Assembly (NCBI RefSeq): GCF_009914755.1
Contig: NC_060944.1
Strand: one strand, 5' to 3'
From: the human T2T-CHM13v2.0 reference genome, Homo sapiens
DNA length: 64,000 nucleotides
The notes beneath the pieces were generated by a model. The model was given only the letters and a program-made list of their open reading frames with translations. It searched no databases and was not told the origin of the DNA. Within the stretch, counting starts at the first letter, position 1. Each line of letters starts with the position of its first letter. Below, piece after piece: positions 16,146 to 36,406 of the stretch. The position numbers were made by a program, and so were the translations under genes.

Positions 16146-16965
16146 TGAAGCAGAGGAATGAGGGCCCAAGGTGTGTTTATTATGGCCAAGAACTATCAGG
16201 AGAGGCCTTTAGAAATGTGGGGCAGCACTGTGAGCCCAAGGGGAGAAGAGGCAGATGGCACCATGGCTTGGTGGCTGTAAGCAGCCTGGTAGTCTAGATG
16301 CTCCAGTAGGATGCCTGCCAGGAGGCAGTGGAGATGGAGCACTGGAGGAGGTCAGCAGGGCCAGGTTGTCAGGGCTGAGTGTTCTAAGTTAGGAGTTCTG
16401 ACTTTCCTCTGGACACCTGGCAGAACCCTGAGCAGTGGATCTGTTGGGTGACATGAGACTTGTGCATAAGAATGGTCACACAGGAAATGGGCTGGACTGT
16501 GGAAGCTGTGAGGCTGAAGACTCCAGGGGGGCCATCAGAAAGCCAATGTTGTGATCCAGGTGGGGCAGCAGCGGCTGAATTGGGCAGGGCAAGGAGCTCC
16601 CTGGTCAGAATCTGTCCGGTGGCCAGCTGGGTGCAACTCTTACACAGCACCCGGACTTGGACCTGCACCAGATGGCTTGGCGTGCTGGAAGCCCTTCTAG
16701 TGTCAGGAGCCCATTTCTGAATCAAGCAGGACCCCATGGATCACAGGACAGCACTGTCTGACCCCTGGCCAGTGACCACAGTTTCAGTCTCCAGGCCTCA
16801 GTTTCCCCATCTGTAATATGAGTGAGTTTTAAACAGATTGTATTGGCCGGGCATAGTGGTTCACACCTGTAATCCCAGCACTTTGGGAGGCCGAGGCAGG
16901 CAGATCACCTAAGGTCAGGAGTTCAAGACCAGCCTGGCCAATATAGCGAAACCCTGTCTCTACTA

Positions 16966-17208
<243 letters not shown>

Positions 17209-17410
17209 TTATTTTTACTTCCTTTTTTGTGAATTCTTTTTATTAATACATTAGATTCTCATGGTCTCAAGCTACATGAGGCTCTCTGAAAACTCATGAA
17301 TATATCTGGACACTGTTCAAAGGCACTCATCTGTTCCTCTTTGGAACTTTTGGACAGTAAACTTGCTGGTGGAAGCAGAAATTGAAAGAAGGTAGAGATC
17401 AACTTGGCAC

Positions 17411-19067
<1,657 letters not shown>

Positions 19068-19599
19068 TGAGGTCAGGAGTTCGAGACCAGCCTGGCCAAC
19101 ATGGCAAAACCCCGTCTCTACTAAAAATACAAAAAAATTAGCCAGGTGTGTTGGCATGCACCCGTAATCCCAGCTACTCAGAAGACTGAAGCAGGAGAAT
19201 CGCCTGAACCCAAGAGGCAGAGGCTGCAGTGAGCCAAGATTGCGCCGCTTCACTCCAGCCTGGGTGACAGAGTGAGACTCCATCTAAAAAAACAACAAAA
19301 ACCACAACAACAACAAAAAAACACTGCTCGTGCTGGTTACAATCCATCCACAAAACTGAATATGCTACAGCCACAGGGAGGGGATGCAGACTCTTTATAA
19401 AATGATATGGAAAGATCTCCTAGATGTATTAACAAAAGTATGTAGAGTGTGCAATTATCTGTGTAAACAAAAAAGGGTGTAAAAATAAAAATTCACGTTG
19501 TTTATTTTTTCATTTTTTGAGACAGGGTCTCACTCTGTCGCCCAGGCTGCAGTGCAGTGGTATGACTGATCACAGCTCACTGCAGCCTCTAACTCCTAG

Positions 19600-19791
<192 letters not shown>

Positions 19792-21327
19792 TGAGTAGGT
19801 GGGATTACAGGTGCCTGCCACCACAACTGGCTAATTTTTGTATTTTTAGTAGAGATGCAGTTTCGCCATGTTGGCCAGACTGGTCTTGAACTCCTGACCT
19901 CGTGATCCGCCTGCCTCAGCCTGCCAAAGTGCTGGGATTACAGGTGTGAGCCACTGTGCCCAGCCACGTTCAGCAAACTTTTAAATTTTTTGTAGAGACA
20001 GGGTCTCCCCATGTTGCCCAGGCTGGTTTCAAACTCCTGGCCTCAAGCAATCCTCCTGCCTCGGCCTCCAAAAATGCTGGGATTACAGGTGTGAGCCACC
20101 ATGACTGACCCTATTGTTTCTATGTGGGGAAAAATAAAAACCTGTGGAAGGGTACCTAAGAAACTAACAACAGAGGTTATCTATTGGAACAGGCCAGTGG
20201 GAGAATTAAGTAAATGGGAGACAAGGGAGAAGAAACCTTTTGTTTTACTCTTTTTTATACTCTTTGATAAATGTACATATTCTATCACCCAGCAGTTCCA
20301 TACCCATGTAATTACCTTATAAACATACTTCCATATGTGCAAAACGACATATATACAAGGATATTCTGTTGTGGCATTATTTGTAAGAGAAAAAGAATGG
20401 GAACAACCTAGACACCCATCAGCAAGAAACTGATTAAATAAATCATCCATTTGAAGTAAAACGGTGCATTTGTTACCAAGAATGACGCAGTTCTCTGTGT
20501 TCTGATATGGAACGATTTCCAAGTTGAATGGAAAAAAGAAAGGTGCAGGACGGTGGGTACATAATGCTACCATTTGTGTGGGAAGAAAAGTGAAACTATA
20601 TGCATATCCGTTTGCAAATGCAGTTAATGTCTTCAGAACACAGAATAAACTAATAACAGTGGCTACCTCTGGGGAAGAGAACTGGGTAACTGGGAAACGG
20701 TGGTGGGGAGGGGTTATTACCTTACACTGTACCTTTTAATCATGGGCATCTTTTAGCTATTCAAAACTTTATAAAATTTCTGAGGAGGTATTTGCCAGGC
20801 GCGGTGGCTCACGCCTGTGATCCCAGCACTTTGGGAGGCCAAGGCGGGCAGATCACGAGGTCAAGAAATCGAGATCATCCTGGCTAACATGGTGAAACCC
20901 CCTTTCTACTAAAAATACAAAAAATTAGCTGGGCGTGGTGGCGGGTGCCTGTAGTCCCAACTACTCAGGAGGCTGAGGCAGGAGAATGGCGTGAACCCGG
21001 GAGGCGGAGCCTGCAGGGAGCCGAGATGCCGCCATTGCACTCCAGCCTGGGTGACAGAGTGAGACTCCGTCTCAAAAAAAAAAAAAAAAAATTCTGAGGA
21101 GGAGGGTAGTGGAGGAGGAGGAGCAGGAAAAGTCATCTGTACACAAAGCATTTCACATGTTATGCTTTTTCCTGTGGCTTTTAACCTGAGTTTCCCCGGA
21201 ATTGCTCTTACAAATTCCAACTTTGGAACAGACCCAATTTCACTGGAGACCCAGGATCGTCACAAAACCAGGAAGATAATTTTTAAAGACAAGAGCAAGC
21301 ACTAGCTCTCTGCAAGGTACACGACTC

Positions 21328-21384
21328 TTTAATCCATGCAGAAAGACAACTGGATCCAGACCTTTTCTTCAGAACCTTTTTATT
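21328..21384 (-). terminator. COMMD7: COMMD7 polyadenylation signals: AATAAA (21384-21379) and ATTAAA (21333-21328)
   Basis: The hexamers lie about 660 and 710 nt after the stop codon, at the end of non-repetitive 3' UTR sequence. Confidence 0.7.
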
Positions 21385-22045
21385 CATCATCTAACCAACA
21401 GAGGTGGTTGGCTCGAACTCAAACTAAAATGGCCTCAAAAGGCCCACCTCGTTACGACATGACAGGGCAAAACCAGAAGTAGGGACAGAGTTTAGCCTCA
21501 GTTCTCTGCAGAGAAGACCAAGCATGTATTTACACACAGGTGCCTCATTAAGAACTGATTGGCAATGTTCCACCAGCACAGACCCAGAGTGTGCAGAAAT
21601 CCGTGGGGGCTCTGTATATGTGTCATTCAGACAATCCGCCGATTCCTCAGCCATAAACAAGCTCTTGCTTTTTGGGAGGAGGGTGATCAGCATGTTATCT
21701 TGAATGATGGCACCATTTGTTTACTCTGGAACTTTGAAGGGGAGGTGACAACTTATTTTCTCCCCTGAATCTGAGATGCAGTGGCCTGTCAGAGTATCTA
21801 AAAATGTGTCCTGGAAGACAGGTGGTGGTGGTTGCCCTAACAGAGAGTTTACAGGGTAATTGTGTTGGGCTCTTTCAGTACTTAATCCTGCTGTTTTTCA
21901 GAAACCCTTTGCACCTGGGCCCCATGGAGCCAGCAGGGCCCCATGGAGCATCCCACAGGCCTGTGAGTGAAGTGCCTCTCAGAGCAGTCACCCAGGGAAG
22001 GGAGGAGGGCAGGGAACGGGGCTAGGGGAGATGCAGGGACAGAAA

Positions 22046-22122
22046 TCAGCAGAAACACTCCATGCTGGTTCTGACTCGCTCCATCTCGTGCAGGAAGCTG
22101 TAGAACTGAGGCAAGGTTAATT
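22046..22122 (-). CDS. COMMD7: COMMD7 exon 9, coding part (E-LTLPQFYSFLHEMERVRTSMECFC*)
   Basis: Acceptor tctccccag|AA; stop TGA at 22048-22046; COMM-domain C-terminal helix. Confidence 0.95.
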
Positions 22123-22686
22123 CTGGGGAGAGAAAATTCAGCTTCAGATAAATGTTTCCAACTCCACAGAATCATCCAAGAAAATTAATTTCCACCCGGA
22201 GGATTTTTTTTTTCTTTTTTGGCTTAATACATCTAAGCAGCTCTTGATGGGTAACTGATCATAATAAAGAACTGAGAGACTTGAATGCAGAAGGTTCTCT
22301 GCTCCAAAGGAAAAAAAAGGGGAGTGAGTGTTCAAATGGCACAGATCCATGGCACAAAGAGATGAAAGGGTATCATTCGGGATGTTCAATGTGACTTCTA
22401 TGGCAAGAGCTTCTTGCTCGTCAACCTTCTTCTTCAATCCCAGCCATTCCGTTCCCACCCTTTCCCTTTTTCAAAACGGCTCTTCAACTGTGGGGGCTCC
22501 AACCTGCCAGTGGCTTTCTAACACTCCTTGTGCCATCTTTCAGGAGAGGAAAGGCAGTGGAACAGCTACTCCACAGCTGGCAATGACTGTTTTTATAGAA
22601 GACATGATTTGTGGTGAGCGTCACCAGCCCCTGATTGCAGAGAACACAAAAAAGGTGAAGAGGCTCAAGTGGGAATTCAGACTCAC

Positions 22687-22735
22687 CTATATACACATTT
22701 TCGGTTTGATTTCCTTTCTTAACCACCAACTTTAG
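22687..22735 (-). CDS. COMMD7: COMMD7 exon 8 (LKLVVKKGNQTENVYI-E)
   Basis: Acceptor tttcatcag|CTA; donor G|gtgagt; 49 nt. Confidence 0.95.
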
Positions 22736-23106
22736 CTGATGAAAGAAAAAGAAATAATTTAAATTAAAATGATGACAACTGGGCAAAGAAATTCTTAAAA
22801 CCCTTTGACTTAATTAAGCTTCCAACCTGAGAGTCATACAGGAGCAGTCTGGATCATCCACCACCGAAAATTCTAACAATTCCCATGATTACAGGAACAA
22901 TCACGCATCAATGAATAACACTAGGATCTATTCATCTAAAAGTAGGCATGTTAGTGACTACATCTTTAGCTGGCCACACTGCTCTGAGATATATAAGGTA
23001 CTTCAGTAAAACATCCATTTAAATATCCATTTAACCCAATGTAGATATGATAATTTTTAACCAAGTCAAAAATCTACCCATTTTCAAGGATCAGGAGAAG
23101 ACTTAC

Positions 23107-23156
23107 TTGTAAAAATATACTTCCCACTTTCTCCAATTCGCTGCTCCCAGATGTCA
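23107..23156 (-). CDS. COMMD7: COMMD7 exon 7 (V-TSGSSELEKVGSIFLQ)
   Basis: (CT)n/T polypyrimidine tract then gtcacag|TG; donor CAA|gtaagt; 50 nt. Confidence 0.95.
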
Positions 23157-23479
23157 CTGTGACAAAAAAAAAAAAAAGAGAGAGAGAGAGAGAAATAACA
23201 AGTGACTGATTGAGGACTGACCCTGAAGACCCCAGTTTTGCAGCTGTCCAGCAGAAGCCATGTGGGGGCAAGTATGAGGGCAGCAAGGTGTGCTTTTGGA
23301 AAGTCAACTTATCCAGAGCCATGAAACAGCTACTGAATGTGGACAGAATACAAAACAGCAGCTGCTGCCCCAACAGTGCTAGGGACTAGGTCATGCCTTC
23401 CCCATAGTGGCTGTGTCACAGCCTCTGCACCCCAACCCTGTACCACCCAAATAACCCAGGACTGGTTGTAACTAGTTAC

Positions 23480-23570
23480 CTCCAAATTTCCACTCCATAT
23501 CTATGAGCTGGTTAATCATCAGAGTCTGACCTATGGCCCATCGAGCAAGGGTGGGAGCATTCTGCTTCCA
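23480..23570 (-). CDS. COMMD7: COMMD7 exon 6 (WKQNAPTLARWAIGQTLMINQLIDMEWKFG-V; start of COMM domain)
   Basis: Acceptor ttgttccag|TGG; donor G|gtaact; 91 nt; contains the COMM-domain L-x-D-x-x-W motif. Confidence 0.95.
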
Positions 23571-23823
23571 CTGGAACAAAAGCAAAAGACAAAGTCAATT
23601 ACAATAGGAAAATCTCCCCCTCTCCATCCTGCCCTAAACATTGCAATATTTAGCATTGACACAGATAGTGGGGAGGGTGCAGAAGATAGTGGGGAGGGTG
23701 CAGAACGAAGGGCTCAGTCTATATGCACATACCTAGGGATGGAGGAGGGCACAGAGTGGCAGACCACAACATTAATGTTGTATTTTTCATTCCAAGATTT
23801 AATCCATCTTGGAAAAAAAACAG

Positions 23824-24410
<587 letters not shown>

Positions 24411-24565
24411 TCAGGAGAAATGATTAGAGATACACTGAATAGTGCTGGTTAAAGCTGTGTGTATGACATGCGCTTGAAGCCAGATGAAAACCTTAGGCTG
24501 GGGAAATGATGATACTGATAGGTGGTTTGGCCTTACTTGGCATTTCCCATTGTTTTCTCTCTTCA

Positions 24566-24988
<423 letters not shown>

Positions 24989-25247
24989 TAACACAGCGAA
25001 ACCCCGTCTCTACTAAAAATACAAAAAATTAGCTGGGCATGGTGGCATGTGCCTGTAGTCCCAGCTACTGGGGAGGCTGAGGCAGAAGAATCACTTGAAC
25101 CCGAGAGGCAGAGGTTGTGGTGAGCCGAGATCACACTGCCACTGCACTCCAGCCTGGACAGAATGCGACTCCATCTCAAAAAAAAAAAAAAGAAAGAAAA
25201 GCAAGGGATCTTAATCAGCCATTAACCTTGATTAAGAGGAATTATAC

Positions 25248-25285
25248 CTTTTCAGAAAAGTAAGTGGCTTTCTCCTCACTAAGAC
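25248..25285 (-). CDS. COMMD7: COMMD7 exon 5 (G-LSEEKATYFSEK)
   Basis: Acceptor cttatag|GT; donor AAG|gtataa; 38 nt; follows an 83-nt intron 4. Confidence 0.94.
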
Positions 25286-25368
25286 CTATAAGAGAACAGA
25301 AGGAGATATTAACATAATAAAAAGCCTCAGAAGCCAGTCACCCTGAGCAACCCTGGCCAATGACCTAC

Positions 25369-25425
25369 CCAGAGTTATGAAATCCGCCTGGACCTGCTTG
25401 GCTGTGAGACTCTTCTTCAAAGCAC
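25369..25425 (-). CDS. COMMD7: COMMD7 exon 4 (G-ALKKSLTAKQVQADFITL-G)
   Basis: Acceptor cctcccag|GT; donor G|gtaggt; 57 nt. Confidence 0.95.
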
Positions 25426-25719
25426 CTGGGAGGCAGGGGAGAAATCAGTTAGAAAGGCAGACCAGTGAATTAGTCGGCAATAAGTATTTAATGGGCACAA
25501 CCTATGTGACCTAAAGGGCAAAAGGAACACCCAAAGACTGGCCAGCTCCAAGATCTCAATCCAGCCATGGGGAAATAGCATCCGAAATGACCAGAAAACA
25601 AGAAAGACAGTACATTTTACAATTTATTTATTTTATTTAAAAAATATATTTATTTTTGCCGGGCACGGTAGCTCAAGCCTGTAATCCCAGCACTTTGGGA
25701 GGCCGAGGCAGGTGGATCA

Positions 25720-26069
<350 letters not shown>

Positions 26070-26479
26070 CTACACCTCCTGGGTTCAAGTGATTTTCATG
26101 CCTCAGCCTCCTGAACAGCTGGGACTACAGGCGTGCGCCACCACACCAAACCAATTTTTGTATTTTTAGTAGAGACTGGGTTTTACCATGTTGACCAGGC
26201 TGGTCTTGAACTATTGACCTCAAGTGATCTGCTCACCTTGGCCTCCCAAAGTGCTAGGATTAAAGGGGTGAGAGCCACCATGCCTGGCACATATTTTTTT
26301 TTTAATTGTACAACACAATTATTTATCCCTCCAACCAGTGTGAGAGAAGTCAGAGACAACAGAAAAGACTTCACGGACTTGGGGATGGAGCAACTGGTCT
26401 GAGGAATGAGTAAGGATACGAATTCCTGGAGCAAGAGGCAGGGGAGTGTAATGTCAGGTTGGGCACAGGGGGCAACCAC

Positions 26480-26685
26480 CTAGAGCTCCACAATGCATTA
26501 TGTAGCCACTATTGCATGTGGTTATGCAAATTTTAATTAAATAAAATTTAAAATTCCATTCCTCAGTCTCACTAGCTATTTCCTGTGTCAAACAGTCACA
26601 CAAGGCCAGTGACCATTATACTGAACACTGAAGATTACAGACCATTTACATCTGCAAAGAAAGTTCTATTGGATGGCATTGTCCT
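26480..26685. mobile_element. MER3-like hAT DNA transposon
   Basis: GTAGCCACTA...AAAATTCCATTCCTCAGTC...GAAAGTTCTATTGGA motifs. Confidence 0.65.
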
Positions 26686-27517
26686 AAGAAGTTAGCTTTC
26701 ACACAGTACGCCAAGATGGACTAAACAGACTAACCTCTACAATTCACAAGTCACTTCCAGAGGGGCTGTCAAAACTTCTCAGAAGCCCTAGGAACACTTC
26801 CCTGTGGTGGTCACCTTGTTTTGCTAGGCTCCAATTCCTGAAAACAAAGCCAGCAATCTGGGCTTCTCAATGTTTAACCTGCAGGCTACATCCCCAGTCA
26901 CAATTTGGCAACCACTCTCAAATTTTCCACTTTTTAGTTCACCAGAAAATGACTAATTAAAGAATAGGAAGATGCCAACCACCATCAAGGGAAGGCCCTG
27001 AACCTATACCCTAAACCCAAGTCCCCACCCCCAACTCACTCCAGAAAAACAATCCTAAAGGCTGTTGTACCGGTAAAATCAACCATATAAACAAAGGGAG
27101 GAAATCTTTTATCTCCAAAATCAGACTGAGCAAGGAAGCCACACGGAATAAAAAAGGCAAGACCCCGGGAAACCTTAGCCATAAAGGCCCTCTGAGAAGG
27201 TGGCTACTTCCCAGCCAATCCAAATAACTCCTAACTACCATGAATACAGTGTCTTAGTTTATATCCAATTCAAACCCAATGCTTTATTTGACAATCCCCA
27301 AACACTGGGCTTTATTATTGTAACTTTTTTTTTTTTTTTTTTGAGACAGTGAGACACGGTTTCACTCTATCGCCCAGGCTGGAGTGCAGTTGGGCAATCT
27401 CAGCTCACCTCCTACCACACCGGGGTGGGTGGGTGGGGCTCAAGCAATCCTCCCACCTCAGCCTCCCACATAGCTGGGACTACAGGCGTGTGCCATGATG
27501 CCCAGCTAATTTTTTGA

Positions 27518-27649
<132 letters not shown>

Positions 27650-29777
27650 TAACTTAGTTTACCAGGAAACATTAAGCATTTTTGGGAGAAAATTTGGCAA
27701 ATGCAGATAGTCAAGAATTGCACTGCCAAGAATTCACCCAACCAAGCTGCACCCAAAAGCACGCTGAGATATACAGGGGAAGCTCTTTAGCAATGTGGAT
27801 AGTAGGGATGAAAGGTCATGGAGAGACCAGGCACGGTGGCTCATGCCTGTAATGCCAGCACTTTGGAAGGCTGAGGGGGTGGATCACTTGAGGTCAGTAG
27901 TTCGAGACCAGCCTGGCCAACGTGGCAAAACCCCGTCTCTACTAAAAGTACAAAAATTAGCCGGGTGTGGTGGCATGCGCCTGTAGTCCCAGCTACTTGG
28001 GAGGCTGAGGGTGCAGTGAGCAGAGACGGCACCACTGCATTACAGCCTGGCAACAGAGCAACTCTGTCTCAAAAAAAAAAAAACAGGCTGGGCGCCTGTT
28101 ACAAAATTAGCCAGGAGGGTGAGGCAGGAGAATCATCTGAGCCTGGGAGGTGGAGGTTGCCGTGAGCCGAGATCTGCCACTGCACTCAAGCCTGGGCGAC
28201 AGAGCGAGACTCCGTCTCAAAAACAAACGATGACAAAAACAACAAACAAAAACCTCAGGTCAGACCATGCTATTTTTTCTGCTCAAAACCCTCTACTATC
28301 TCCTATTTCACTCACAGTAAAATCCAAAGGTTGTACAACACCCTGCATGCTCTGGCCTCCTCTTAGAACCCCTAGGCTCTCTCCCTTGCTTACTGTGCTA
28401 TTTTTAGAATATGCCAGACAGCTTTCTACCCCTGACCATTTGCCCTTGCAGTTCTCTGCACATAGCTCATCCCTTCGCTTCATTCAGGGTTCTGCCTGAC
28501 TCTTACCTCCTCAGAAAGGATCCCCGACCATTCTATTTCACATTTTTTCTTTTTTTACTTTTTTTTTTTTTTAATCTCATTCTGTCACCCAGGCTGGAGT
28601 GCGGTGGTGTAATCACGGCTCATTACAGCCTTGACCTCCTGGGCTTAATGGATCCTCCCACCTCAGGCTCCTAAGTAGCTGGGACTACAGGCATGCTCCA
28701 CAATGCTTGACTAATTTTTAATTTTTTTTTCTAGAGATAGAGTCTCACTATCTTGCCAGCTCAAACTCCCGCACTCAAGCAATACTCCCACCTTGGCCTC
28801 TCAAAATGCTGGGATTACAGGCATGAGCTGCCAATCCCAGCCTCATTCTAATTTAAATAGCACTGCCCTTTACTCATACTCGTATAATGCTGTGGGATAT
28901 TCTGCATTGCATTTATAACTACCCAACTTTATGTTATATATTTATTATCAATTTTTCCACTAGAACACCAGCTTGATAAGAACAAAGACTAGGCTCATTT
29001 TGCCTACTGCTGTGTCCCAAGCTCTGAGAGAAATGCCTGGCAAAGTTTATTGGTTGGCACTCAATAAAAGCACGTTGAATGCAAGAATCCTTACAATGGA
29101 TTGCTATCCAGGCTTAAAAAAAATTATGTAAGGCCAAGTGCTGTCATCCCAGCACTTTGGGAGGCTGAGGTGGGAGGATACCTCAGCCCAGGGGTTCAAG
29201 ACCAGTCTGGGCAATACAGGGAGACCCCATCTCTACAAAATAAAAAAATTAGCAAGGTATAGTGGCACAGGCCTGTGGTCCCAGCTACTCAGGAGGCTGA
29301 TGTGGGAGGATGGCTTGAGCCCAGGAGGTTGAGGCTACAGTGAACCATAATTGCATCACTGCACTCCAGCCTATGTAACAGGGTGAGACCTCATCTCAAA
29401 AAAAAAAAAAAAAAATAGATGTAGCTCAGTAGCTGTTGATGGACCAATCTGCATAATATAATGTCAAGAAAAAAAGGAAAGGCACCTATAATCCCAGCAC
29501 TTTGGGAAGCTGAGGTGAGAGGATTGCTTGAGGCTAGGAATTTGAGACTAGCCTGGGCATCATAGCAAAACCCTGCCTCTACAAAAATAAAAATAAAAAA
29601 TTACTTGGGTGTGGAGGTGCACACCTGTAATCCAGCTGCTCAGGAGGCTAAAATAGGAGGATCGCTTGAGCCCAGAAGTTTGAGGCTGCAGTGAGCCATG
29701 ATGGCACCACTTCACTCCAGCCTAGGTGACAGAGCAAGACTCTATCTCTAAAAATAAATAAATAAAAATAAGTGTTA

Positions 29778-30077
<300 letters not shown>

Positions 30078-30486
30078 TTACTTAAAAAAAAAAAAAAAAG
30101 GAAACAGTTAAAGGAACAAGGCCACAACAGTCAGCAACTGACAGAGCCAAGTGGCTTATAGGCCAGAGGGTCCCCACACCAAGTTCTTTCTACACCAGGT
30201 CATTCTCAGACGCTATCTTGGTGCTGCGGTATCAGGCAATGCCTTGACAGTTGCTGACAATGAAGTCAACAAAGCTGCAGGGATGGAAGAGCAAGCTCTC
30301 CATCCTGAAGTTACCTCTGGAGGGCAGAGGCCAGACTTGAAACATGGATTGGCATCATGCTAGGCCTCAAGCTCTTAACTTCTTTTTCAGCTTTTTCCTG
30401 TGGTGATTCCTTTGTCCTAAGCAAATGCCAGCCACAAGACAGACCTGCAACATTTGACCTTACGTCAGACAGAATGAAAATTGTGT

Positions 30487-31297
<811 letters not shown>

Positions 31298-31341
31298 AGA
31301 AAATTGTGTAAACTCCAACAGCTGCAGTCAGCAGAACATGA

Positions 31342-31638
<297 letters not shown>

Positions 31639-31715
31639 TGATCCGCCTGCCTTGGCTTCCCAAAGTGCTGGGATTACAGGCGTGAGCCACTGTGCCCGTC
31701 CTCTTTCTTTTTTAA

Positions 31716-31923
<208 letters not shown>

Positions 31924-32536
31924 TAGTCAGGCTGGTTGTGAACTCCTGACCTCAGGTGATCCACCCGCCTCGGCTTCCTAAAGTGCTGGGACTACAGGCG
32001 TGCGCCAATGCACCTGGCAACAGGCACCAATTTTCACCAGAACTGCTGCCTTAGCCAAACCCTCAAAGCTGTCAAACAATATGAAGGACAAAACAAAGGG
32101 AAGTGAGGGTGACGATTTCAGTTTTGCCAAGACGGTTGGAAAAACAGCAAACATTGTTCTTATTCAGTGTACAAATGGGAGCCCAAGGAATGGACACAGG
32201 CTTGGTGAAAACTCCTGGAAGCAGATGGGAGAGGATGGAGAGCTGCTTTCATCCAGTCAGTACTGACCCCGAAGGCTGACCAGCTGAAGCCACCCTGTGA
32301 GGCTCACAGAGAACAGAGGTCCGTAGTCACACACGCACATTTACTGAGCACTGCCATGTGCCCGCACTGTGCTAGATGCTGGGAAACATCAATGAACTGA
32401 ACAGACAACAATCTCTGCCCTTATGAGGCTTCCATTCTACTGGCAGGAGAAAGACCACAGCAATAACGTAAAACATAAGCCATACAGGGTATAAGAAGGG
32501 GGAGGCTGGGCATGGTGGCTCACGCCTGTAATCTCA

Positions 32537-32893
<357 letters not shown>

Positions 32894-33232
32894 TTAAATG
32901 CCACTTATGACTACATTTCATTGCTGATTATTCTTTTTTGTGTGTATGTTGCTAAAAAGAACTCGTTGGGGAGTGGGGAAGGGGAGTTACCTCCTTTTCA
33001 TAAAAAAATAAAATAAAATAAAAATCAGTTACGGATCACCCACAGAGGCCAGATATCTTGCTAAGTATTAAAATAAAAATAGGGCCGGGCACGGTGGTTG
33101 TAATCCCAGCACTTTGGGAGGCCGAGGCAAGCGGATCACCTGAGGTCAGGAGTTCGAGACCAGCCTGGCCAATATGGTGAAACCCCGTCTCTACTAATAA
33201 TACAAAAAATTAAGGCCAGGCACGGTGGCTCA

Positions 33233-33538
<306 letters not shown>

Positions 33539-33701
33539 TTAGCCAGGTGTAGTGCGCATGCCTGTAATCCCAGCTACTCAGGAGGTTGAGAGGCAGGAGA
33601 ATCGCTTGAACCCAGGAGGCAGTGGTTGCAGTGAGCCGAGACTGCACCACTGCACTCCAGCCTGGGCAACGGAGTGGGACTCTGTCTCAAAAAAATAAAA
33701 A

Positions 33702-33732
<31 letters not shown>

Positions 33733-35110
33733 GAAATAAAAATAGGTGACCAAGCAGGGTGGCTGAGCCTGGGGAGATCGAGGCTGCAGTAAGCAGAGAT
33801 TGTGCCACTGCACTCCAGCCTGGGCAACACAGCCAGACCTAGTCTCAAAAAATAATAATAATAATAATAAAAAAACAGGCAGCCAGGCTAGGTGGCTCAT
33901 GCCTATATCCCAGCACTCTGGGAGGCTGAGGCAGGTGGACTGCTTGAACTCAGGAGTTCAAGACCAGCCTAGGAAACATGGCAAAACCCTGTCTCTACCA
34001 AAAATACAAAAATTAGCCGGGAGTGGTGGCATGCACTTGTGGTCCCAGCTACTCGGGAGGCTGAGGTGGGAGGCTCACTGAAGCTCAGGAAGTCAAGGAT
34101 ACAGTGAGCAGAGACTGTGCCACTGCACTCCAGCCTGGGCAACACAGCCGGACCCAGTCTCAAAAAAACAAACAAACAAAAAGAATAAAATAAAATAAAA
34201 AAACAGGCGGCCAGGCGTGATGGCTCATGCCTATATCTCAGCACTTTGGGAGGCTGAGGCAGGTGGACTGCTTGAACTCAGGAGTTCAAGACCAGCCTAG
34301 GAAACATGGCGAAACCCTGTCTCTACCAAAAATACAAAAATCAGCCAGGAGTGGTGGCATCCACCTGTGGTCCCAGCTACTCAGGAGGCTGAGGTCGGAG
34401 GCTTACTGGAGCTCAGGTAGACAAGGCTGCAGTGAACTGTGATCATGCCACTGAACTCCAACCTGGGTGACAGAGCGAGATTCTGTCTCAAAAAAAATAA
34501 ATTAATCAAAAATAAATAAATTAATAAATTAATTAAAAACAGGCTTAAATAGTGGCCCTACTGCCAAGTTATCTGTAATCTCAGCTAGGAGATAACACAT
34601 AATAATAATGACAATCATAATATTAGCAGCAGTGTGCTACCACTTAGTGAAGTGAGCACCTTATTACATTTATTATCTTTATCCTTATAATAAAAGTATG
34701 AGTCTACTATTAGTTCTCAGGTACCATTGGGTCTCAGAGCTGTTAAATCCCTGGTGAGTAAGCAAGCACAGAAGGGCCACCCAGCAGCCACGTGCTGGAC
34801 TGGAGTCCTATCTAGATCCTGACGGGAACCCATTCCAAACAAACAAAATACAGGAGACAATGGGGAAATTAATACTGACCTTGTATTTTCCTTTTAGATA
34901 TGATAATGGCATTGTAGTTTGATAAGGGGGAAATTCCTTTTTTTCTTTTAGAGATAGACAACTAGGTATTCAGGAATAAAGTATGTCTGATATTGCCTTT
35001 AACATAATCCAGTTTGGGCCGGGCGCAGTGGCTCACACCTGTAATCCCAGCACTTTGGGAGGCCGAGGCGGGCGGATCACGAGGTCAGGAGATCTAGACC
35101 ATCCTGGCTA

Positions 35111-35413
<303 letters not shown>

Positions 35414-36004
35414 CTAGCCCAAGCAACAAAGCAAGACCCCCACATCTCTAAAACTAAACTAAACTAAAGTAATCCAGTTCAGAGAGCAGTAAGGAGCCAT
35501 GGGTGGGGTCCACATGAATCAATCTGGCCATGGGTTAGTAACTTTTTTTTTTTTTTCATAATATGGACTCTAGCTCTGTCGTCCAGGCCAGAGTGCAGTG
35601 TCAGGAACTCTGCTCCCCGCCTTCCGGGTTCAGCCTCCAATGTAGCTGGGACTACAGGTGCCCACCAACATGCTCGACTAATTTTTTGTATTTTTAGTAG
35701 AGATGTGGTTTCACCGTATCAGCCAGAATGGTCTTGATCTCCTGACCTCGTGATCCACATGCCTCGGCCTCCCAAAGTGCTGGGATTACAGGTGTGAGCC
35801 ACCGTGCCCAGCCCGGGTTAATAACTTTTGAAGGATTTTCTTTGGTTTGTTTTTTAGAGACAGGGTCTTCCTCCATTGTGCAAACTGGAGGGCAGTGGTG
35901 TAATCATGGCTCACTGCAGCCTGGACTCCTGGGCTCAAGGTATCTTCCTGTCTCAGCCTCTGAAGTAGTTGAGACTACAGGTGTGCACCACCATGCCCAG
36001 TTAA

Positions 36005-36406
<402 letters not shown>

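Noticed and set aside
22144-22786. ORFs extending exon 8 into intron 8, and other intron 8 ORFs
   Set aside because: The canonical GTGAGT donor and exon 9 complete the COMM domain. Intron retention is possible but is not supported by sequence alone.
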